A stretch of 64,000 nt of DNA from Ignavibacteriales bacterium. GTDB lineage: Bacteria > Bacteroidota > Ignavibacteria > UBA10030 > UBA8401. The DNA is taken from assembly GCA_037443785.1 (NCBI GenBank), contig JBBINR010000002.1:92820-156819 (forward strand), read 5' to 3'. Positions 57,866 through 64,000 of this stretch are shown here, piece after piece. Both the position numbers and the translations under genes were made by a program. The notes beneath the pieces are model-generated. The model did no database searches. It worked only from the letters and a program-made list of their open reading frames with translations, and was not told the DNA's origin. How positions within the stretch are numbered: the first letter of the stretch is position 1; each line of letters begins with the position of its first letter.

Positions 57866-59905
57866 TCAATATAATCCATACCATAGATTATCCGATGAGA
57901 TGAATTTTTCACGTAAATATTTTTCCGCTTCAAGGATAACAGGTGAAAAGACCAACGGATTTTTTCTTCCTTCAGCAATGGCGCGCTGATACATTGGTAC
58001 TGCTTCATCACGTTTGCCTTCCATCTCGAGCACATTGGCAAAACGAACCAAGCTTAAAAGGGGATAAAGCTGAGTTTCATCCGTTGCAGAAGATTGCATC
58101 GACTGAAGGAAAAGATCTTTCGCTTTTTCCAAATCATTGTTTATCACGGCAATTTTTGCGAGAGAAAAATATGCGAGTGAAGCCGTTCCGGTATTATTGG
58201 CAGGATCAAGCTGCAGTGCCAAGAGCGCTTCTTTTTCCGATGTGACAACATCTTTATGGTAAGCGCGAAACAGTCCCGATGAGCGAGCGTGTGCGAGAAT
58301 ACGTGTATCGATCAACCAGCGAAATACTTGATAATTTGGATCAAGTTCGACCGATGTTGGTTCTGAAGGAAATTGAAATGCCGCTTCCTGATGATAGTGG
58401 TTGAGTTCAATGCGCTTTATGACCGACCGGTTCCCAAATAAAAATACGACCGGCACAGGCATGACATAAAGATCGCCTCGCTGTTCCAAAAAAAGTTTTA
58501 CACTATACATACCCCGCGGTGTTTTTTCTGAATTCCAACGCACGATGAATTCCGGCGCGGTGGAGCGATAAAGCCATTGCTGAAAAAACCATTGAAGCGA
58601 AGAACCGAATTCCTGCTCGCACTGCTGTTGAAATTCTTTTAAAGACATCGGCCTGGAAGAAAATTGCTGAAACAATGCGGCGGCAACATTATCGAATGCC
58701 GGTTTTCCCAGAAGATATTCCAGCATTAAAAAGATATATCTTCCTTTATTTGAAATGACAGTAGTTTCATTCGGCTTTCCGGTGCGTCCATTTCCTACCG
58801 CGCTTGACGGGAAAAAACTGAGTGCGTTAATCATTGCATCGAGTCTTTCACGCCGCTCGACAGTTGCACTTTTGTTCGTTGAAATGATAAATCGTGTCGC
58901 GAGATATCCAGCCCAGCCTTCATCCAGCAACGCCGTTGAATCAATCGTAAGAGGAACAAATTCATAAGCGAGATGAACGAGCAGAGCATTGTTTGCTGAT
59001 CGTTTTGTAAACGATGAATCAAACGCCATGTGTTTGGGTGAATTTTTTTCTATGACGAGATGTCCGTTTTGTACAAAGGACTCGAAGATATCGTCATTGC
59101 CAATGAAGGCAAATTTCATTCGGAAGGGCTGGTTGTTCCGCCGGCAGAGCGATGAAAAAAATGATGCGGCGTTTGCTAATTGAACAGATTGCGCTTTTGC
59201 GAACGCCTCATTGACCCGATTCGGGGAACAAAATAATGAAATAACACTGTTCGAATCTACACTTCGACTGGAATATTCAACAATATGCTTTGAGCCGCAC
59301 AACGTCGTGATATTTTTTAACCGTACCGCTGAAGAAAAATTCCATTGCCAAATTTTTTGCCCATTGGAATTTGTGACAAATTCCGGATCTGATTCAGCAA
59401 TGAGTGTGAATGCAGAATCGGCAATAAATTCAAGAGAAGCAGAACGGCATGAATCGTTTTCAATAGAAGGAATCCATGACATTCCAGGATGAGAGAAAAA
59501 CACAAATTCATTGTCATTCATAAAGAGTGGTGCCGACGCAGAAGTATCGAACATTCCTGAAAATTCAATGACAATAGTGAGCGAGTCAACCGTATGCACT
59601 GTCGGGGGGATATGGATGGCGTACTGAAAGGCTTCATTATCCTTTCCGTGCTGTTCTGTTGAGAAAGAATTTCCTTCGGGGTCCGATACGTTCGTGATTT
59701 CGATATTTTTTGGGGCAGTGAATGACCATTGATGTATCGTATCCGATGCTGGTTGAAGCCGTACTGTGGATGTCCCGGTAATTTTTCCTTCATGTTCTCG
59801 CAACGCAACATTGAGCCGATACTCCAACACATAAAAGGCACTGTTTGATTGTGAGTAGCCGGCAGTAACAACAAGAAAGACGAACAGGAATCTATTCATA
59901 GTCAA
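57866..59905 (-). CDS. secreted M1-aminopeptidase-like protein with degenerate zinc motif and C-terminal TPRs
   Basis: Y.LNV, LDEGWAGY, NKG...MLE.LLG..F, LQWFFQQWLY, ELDP; HEXXH is replaced by HLAYE. Confidence 0.72.
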   Translation of the reverse strand: MTMNRFLFVFLVVTAGYSQSNSAFYVLEYRLNVALREHEGKITGTSTVRLQPASDTIHQWSFTAPKNIEITNVSDPEGNSFSTEQHGKDNEAFQYAIHIPPTVHTVDSLTIVIEFSGMFDTSASAPLFMNDNEFVFFSHPGMSWIPSIENDSCRSASLEFIADSAFTLIAESDPEFVTNSNGQKIWQWNFSSAVRLKNITTLCGSKHIVEYSSRSVDSNSVISLFCSPNRVNEAFAKAQSVQLANAASFFSSLCRRNNQPFRMKFAFIGNDDIFESFVQNGHLVIEKNSPKHMAFDSSFTKRSANNALLVHLAYEFVPLTIDSTALLDEGWAGYLATRFIISTNKSATVERRERLDAMINALSFFPSSAVGNGRTGKPNETTVISNKGRYIFLMLEYLLGKPAFDNVAAALFQQFSSRPMSLKEFQQQCEQEFGSSLQWFFQQWLYRSTAPEFIVRWNSEKTPRGMYSVKLFLEQRGDLYVMPVPVVFLFGNRSVIKRIELNHYHQEAAFQFPSEPTSVELDPNYQVFRWLIDTRILAHARSSGLFRAYHKDVVTSEKEALLALQLDPANNTGTASLAYFSLAKIAVINNDLEKAKDLFLQSMQSSATDETQLYPLLSLVRFANVLEMEGKRDEAVPMYQRAIAEGRKNPLVFSPVILEAEKYLREKFISSDNLWYGLY

Positions 59906-59936
59906 CTCAATCCAGTTGTCGCCTTACAAAAAAATA

Positions 59937-60767
59937 TCATGGCAAAAATTTTATTATAGTTTTAAAAAAGATCCCGGGTTCATCCAGCCACGGAAAATGC
60001 CCCGAATGTTCCATCACCGCTAATTGCGCGTTTGGAACTTTTTCCGCCATGACTTCGCTCCACGACGGCGAAACATGCACATCATGTTTTCCGCCGATGA
60101 TGAGCGTCGGAACGGCAATTTCATCCAAGCGGTCAACAACATTATACCGCGGCAATTCATTCATGATAAAATATTGATTCCGCTTCGGATCGAAATCAGT
60201 CTCAGCAAAAATTTTATCGATTGCCTTGCGCGCCTCTTCGGTTTGTACATCGTATTGATAAATGGTGCGATTGAATTTTTTGACCCGCTCATTATGAGGA
60301 AGCGAACGAATTTCTTTTGACAGTCGATCATACTGCGGAAACAAAGGATGGGAAGGATCGCGAAACGTTCCTTTGTGAAATTGCCCTGTCGGTGCAGAGC
60401 AAACAACAATCAATTTATTTACGTGCGATTGATGCGCGAGTGTATATTCCAGCGCCGTCCACCCGCCGGCAGATTGGCCCATCACATTCCACTTTTCTAT
60501 TCCGAGATGAAGACGCAGTTGTTCGATATCGCTGACGAGCGTTGGAATTCCGTAATCATTTTTTTCTTGTATCGCTCCCGATTTTCCCGTTCCGCGCGGA
60601 TCGAGACGAATGAGCGTAAAATTTTTTGCCAGCTCGTCAAGCGTTGTCCACCGATGCCCGTCAACGCCCCATGTTACCGGGCAAATCAGGAGCGGTTCAC
60701 CATTGCCAAGAATGGAATAATGAATCGTGGTTGAAGCGACGGAAAGTTGGAATGACCCGTTGTGCAT
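59937..60767 (-). CDS. alpha/beta hydrolase (proline iminopeptidase-like)
   Basis: DPRGTGKS, GQSAG nucleophile elbow, GKHD, SGHFPW. Confidence 0.9.
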   Translation of the reverse strand: MHNGSFQLSVASTTIHYSILGNGEPLLICPVTWGVDGHRWTTLDELAKNFTLIRLDPRGTGKSGAIQEKNDYGIPTLVSDIEQLRLHLGIEKWNVMGQSAGGWTALEYTLAHQSHVNKLIVVCSAPTGQFHKGTFRDPSHPLFPQYDRLSKEIRSLPHNERVKKFNRTIYQYDVQTEEARKAIDKIFAETDFDPKRNQYFIMNELPRYNVVDRLDEIAVPTLIIGGKHDVHVSPSWSEVMAEKVPNAQLAVMEHSGHFPWLDEPGIFFKTIIKFLP

Positions 60768-60818
60768 GAAGAGAATATAAAAAATAATCAGGAATTAATT
60801 TTAAAATCCCCTATTTAA

Positions 60819-60898
60819 AAATCCCCCTTGTTCCGATAAAAAACATCGGAACATTCCCCCTTTTTAAGGGGGACGACGCGAAGCGTCAGGGAAGATTT
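60819..60898. repeat. CCCCC-TTTTTAA-GGGGG REP-like palindrome with an internal hairpin
   Basis: AAATCCCCCTT[GTTCCGAT..ATCGGAAC]..CCCCCTTTTTAAGGGGG..GACGCGAAGCGTC..GATTT. Confidence 0.6.
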
Positions 60899-61409
60899 AA
60901 AAAATGTCACGAATTATTTCTGCAATGCAAAACAAATGTACGTATATCTTTTGCAGTGATTCCGCACAAAATTTTCCAATAACAGAGAGAAGCAGATGAA
61001 ATATCCATTGCCGGAAGTTGTCATTGAAGAAGGAAAAAAATGGTGCCACAAAAAACGGAGCGATGGAGATTCATTGCCGTGCTTAACCGGAGAAACGACA
61101 TGCTGTTCAATCGAAAGAACAATATCGCCAAAATTTTCTTTCGTGGGGCAGCGTTGTTCAACGTACTGCGGGTTCAGTCTCTATTTTGGAAGTAAAAAAT
61201 GCTGCACGTGTCCTGTGCGGACGGTGTTGTGGGAAACATATCAAGTATAAAATTTTTATATCGATTATATAGAAACCCAGTTGATATATTCAGAGCAGTT
61301 CTTCAAAGCATTTTTCTCCCCCATTTTCTGCAAACTGCTTTATCTGTACCTAAAACGTTTCACAGGCATCAATTCATTCACTCTAACTAACAAAATTTCA
61401 GGAAACCCT

Positions 61410-62552
61410 ATGGAACGATGGCTACTACTTCTTTTTTTTATCGCATGCAATAATGTCAACGGCCAAACTATTGTAACTTGGCTTGATGACAATCCGAACC
61501 CATCATCCGGCCAATATTTTTTTGTTACTGGAAATTTTACGTTTGATATGAGCACTGCCGGTGACCTCTGGTTTGATATTTCCTTTCCAAATGGTGTAGA
61601 TAAGGTCGAAATAGCAAACTCCAATAGCTGGGGAGCAGATACTAGAGTATACAACCCGGGCGATACAATTTATCACAAAACATCTGGACAGATGATTGCA
61701 AAATACCATCTTGTTTCAGCACACCTAAAAGGATATACGGGAACCGAAGATCTCCATTTAAAAATAAAGGTCTTTCCAAATATTTCAGGGGAAGTTGAGA
61801 TGTATTTCCGAGGAACGTACAAATTCAATTCAACAACAGTTACCGCGCCGGCTGAAGGTAAAGGCTGGACTACCGACCAGCAGGGATGGGATGTCTACAT
61901 GACTCCTCATCTACATAATCCAAAACCAGATATAGGATTTTCTTCAATTATTGTGAACAACGGCGATACAATTTATGAGGGAATGAATGTCCAAATCAAA
62001 GCAAAGATCGCAGACAATAACGGTTTTGGTTGTGCGCAGGCAAAAGTAAAATTCTTTATTCAGGGTGTTTTAGCAGGTGCATCTTTTACCACTGGGTCTG
62101 TTCCTTCAAGCGGAACAACATCCGCTTCGCTTGATTATTCTTTTACAACAGCCGGAGATTATATTATCAATGCAGAGGTTGACCCGGATAATACGATTGA
62201 TGAATCTAACGAAGCTAATAATTCAATCAATAAGATCATCACTGTCAACAAACCCGCAACCTCAGTAATCGATAAAATTTTTTCACCAAAGCTGTTTAAT
62301 CTAAATCAAAATTTTCCTAATCCGTTTAATCCTGCCACCACAATAACGTTCTCGGTGCCTCACAAAAGTAATGTGACCATAGAATTGTATTCTTTACTTG
62401 GACAAAAAATTGAAATGATAACAAACAGAGAGTATGAGGCAGGTGAATATTCACAAAAATTAGATGCCTCTTATTTGCCAGCGGGGATTTATTTAGTGAA
62501 AATGAATACAAGAGAGTTTCAAAAATCAATAAAGATCAATTTGGTAAAATAA
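61410..62552 (+). CDS. secreted protein with CARDB domain and T9SS C-terminal domain
   Basis: signal peptide MERWLLLL, VDPDNTIDESNEANN, QNFPNPFNP...AGIYLVK. Confidence 0.85.
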   Translation: MERWLLLLFFIACNNVNGQTIVTWLDDNPNPSSGQYFFVTGNFTFDMSTAGDLWFDISFPNGVDKVEIANSNSWGADTRVYNPGDTIYHKTSGQMIAKYHLVSAHLKGYTGTEDLHLKIKVFPNISGEVEMYFRGTYKFNSTTVTAPAEGKGWTTDQQGWDVYMTPHLHNPKPDIGFSSIIVNNGDTIYEGMNVQIKAKIADNNGFGCAQAKVKFFIQGVLAGASFTTGSVPSSGTTSASLDYSFTTAGDYIINAEVDPDNTIDESNEANNSINKIITVNKPATSVIDKIFSPKLFNLNQNFPNPFNPATTITFSVPHKSNVTIELYSLLGQKIEMITNREYEAGEYSQKLDASYLPAGIYLVKMNTREFQKSIKINLVK

Positions 62553-62574
62553 TGTTCAAAGGCAGGGGGTTACT

Positions 62575-64000
62575 ATGACAATACGAAAAATGCTTATCCT
62601 GATTGATGTACTATTATTTTCAAACATACTTCACGCTCAATTTTACCTTATAAATGCTCAAAGAGGTCCATATAAAAATTATAAGTTGAATGATGTTATT
62701 TTTCTAAATAATGATACTGGGTGGGTTACAGGCTCTACGGGGATCTATGGAGTAGTTTTTAAAACTTATGACGGCGGTTTGCATTGGGTACCTTCGTATG
62801 ATAGTGTCGCAAAATCATTTCAAGGTGTTACGTTTCCTACAGTTCAGATTGGGTATACATATGGAGATGATAATTCTATATTTAAAACAACGGACGGTGG
62901 ACTATACTGGTTTAAGTTGGATTCGGCCCCAAAAATAGGTGCGGCAAAAATAACTTCTATAGATTCTAATATTGTGTTAGTTGCGGGTGGAGGTAGTATC
63001 ATTTGTTCATATGATGGGGGTAAGTCTTGGGATTCTCATTTATTTCCAGGGCGTGATATATCGAGAATATCTTGTGATGCTTCTGGATTTATTGCCGCTG
63101 CTGGTAATAATATCAGTATTGGATATGGTCCATTTTGTGTAATAAGCACTGATTCAGGCAGAACTTGGACAGAGTCAAATATTCCCGATATTTATCCAAC
63201 TCAAGGTATTGCCGTAGTGGATTCTATGACTGCTTTTATTGCTCAATATTGGGGTTTAGTTCTCGTAACAACGGATAGAGGGTTACATTGGGAAAATATC
63301 GCAAATACGGAAATGGACTCACATCTTTTTAGAGATATCTTTGCTTGGGGAAGAAACAACATTACAGTGATAACATTAACTGGTAACATGTATAGAACAA
63401 AAGATGGTGGGGTTTCTTGGGAATACTCATCGCGTGTGTCCGATTGGAAGACTCTTTTTTTTACGCAGAACGGCATTATGTACGGCATCAGACCAAATGG
63501 TGACCTATTATGGTGCTCAGAAATGCCAAAAAGTTATGTCAAACCGTCTTCGTTTTCATTTTACCCATTTAAAGATACATTATATGATTTTTCTGTTCCC
63601 ATCACTCTAAGATGGTCTAAAGCAAACAATCCAATTGATCTTGTTATAACCTATATCATAGCTGTACAATCAGAAACTGGCAATTATGTATACGCTAACT
63701 CTACGTTAGATACAACACTCACTTTTTATCCATATCATTTCTTGAAATCTTCTATTTATAGAGTAACTGGTCTATTGTCCGATGGCTTTCAAAATGTATC
63801 TTCGTCTGATACGATATTTTTAAAAACGCCGGAAAATTTTAATGAACCCACACTATTAATCTATCCGACAGGATTAAAGAATGTAGAGAGAAATCCTCGG
63901 TTAGTTTGGCATTCTTTTCCGGGTGCAAACAAGTATTGGGTTTTTGCAGATACCGGTAGATACTATCATCCTGGAATGCCAGTAGACACTTCTGTTTTTG
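62575..64000 (+). CDS. secreted YCF48/BNR-repeat beta-propeller protein, partial (runs off the window)
   Basis: absent from the ORF track because it has no stop; ATG 62575, signal peptide, Asp-box repeats KTYDGGLHW, KTTDGGLYW, SYDGGKSW, STDSGRTW, TTDRGLHW, RTKDGGVSW. Confidence 0.85.
   Translation, partial: MTIRKMLILIDVLLFSNILHAQFYLINAQRGPYKNYKLNDVIFLNNDTGWVTGSTGIYGVVFKTYDGGLHWVPSYDSVAKSFQGVTFPTVQIGYTYGDDNSIFKTTDGGLYWFKLDSAPKIGAAKITSIDSNIVLVAGGGSIICSYDGGKSWDSHLFPGRDISRISCDASGFIAAAGNNISIGYGPFCVISTDSGRTWTESNIPDIYPTQGIAVVDSMTAFIAQYWGLVLVTTDRGLHWENIANTEMDSHLFRDIFAWGRNNITVITLTGNMYRTKDGGVSWEYSSRVSDWKTLFFTQNGIMYGIRPNGDLLWCSEMPKSYVKPSSFSFYPFKDTLYDFSVPITLRWSKANNPIDLVITYIIAVQSETGNYVYANSTLDTTLTFYPYHFLKSSIYRVTGLLSDGFQNVSSSDTIFLKTPENFNEPTLLIYPTGLKNVERNPRLVWHSFPGANKYWVFADTGRYYHPGMPVDTSVF

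Noticed and set aside
1-64000. Alternative genetic code, selenocysteine read-through, prophage, IS transposase, tRNA or rRNA
   Set aside because: Recognised genes are full length in the standard code and no such hallmarks were seen; a tRNAscan/Rfam run would be needed to exclude small RNAs fully

Overview
Chromosomal window of a Gram-negative FCB-group bacterium, most likely Ignavibacteria-like. This is inferred from secreted proteins ending in the QNYPNPFNP-type T9SS sorting domain together with E. coli-like SD sequences and -35/-10 promoters. In order, it holds: dcd; a PAS/hybrid-kinase operon headed by a fusion of a restriction-modification controller (C-protein)-like HTH to a receiver domain; a Cus-type Cu/Ag RND efflux cluster with extra metal-binding proteins; a globin; DPP III and a T9SS S8 protease; a lipoprotein / OM barrel / AraC trio; an AT-rich defence island (Shedu, single-chain Type IIG-like R-M, DUF2188, a duplicated helical protein) followed by a decayed cassette-like array with attC-like repeats; an ECF sigma / anti-sigma / glutaredoxin locus; metZ plus two YeeE/YedE genes; lon, dnaX, a LiaF-LytS-LytTR module, glgA, repair and hydrolase genes; and secreted proteins at the end. 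No rRNA, tRNA, CRISPR array, integrase or transposase was seen. The best non-obvious signals are: (1) a Met-Met-Cys-Cys leader-peptide attenuator upstream of metZ-yeeE; (2) an ECF sigma gene that appears to carry a copy of its own target promoter inside its region-4 coding sequence; (3) a PvuII-type C-box in front of the C-protein-receiver fusion; (4) an A9 slippage site in dnaX; (5) attC-like sites with nested hairpin insertions. All calls come from reading the sequence and recalling family motifs; no database search was run.
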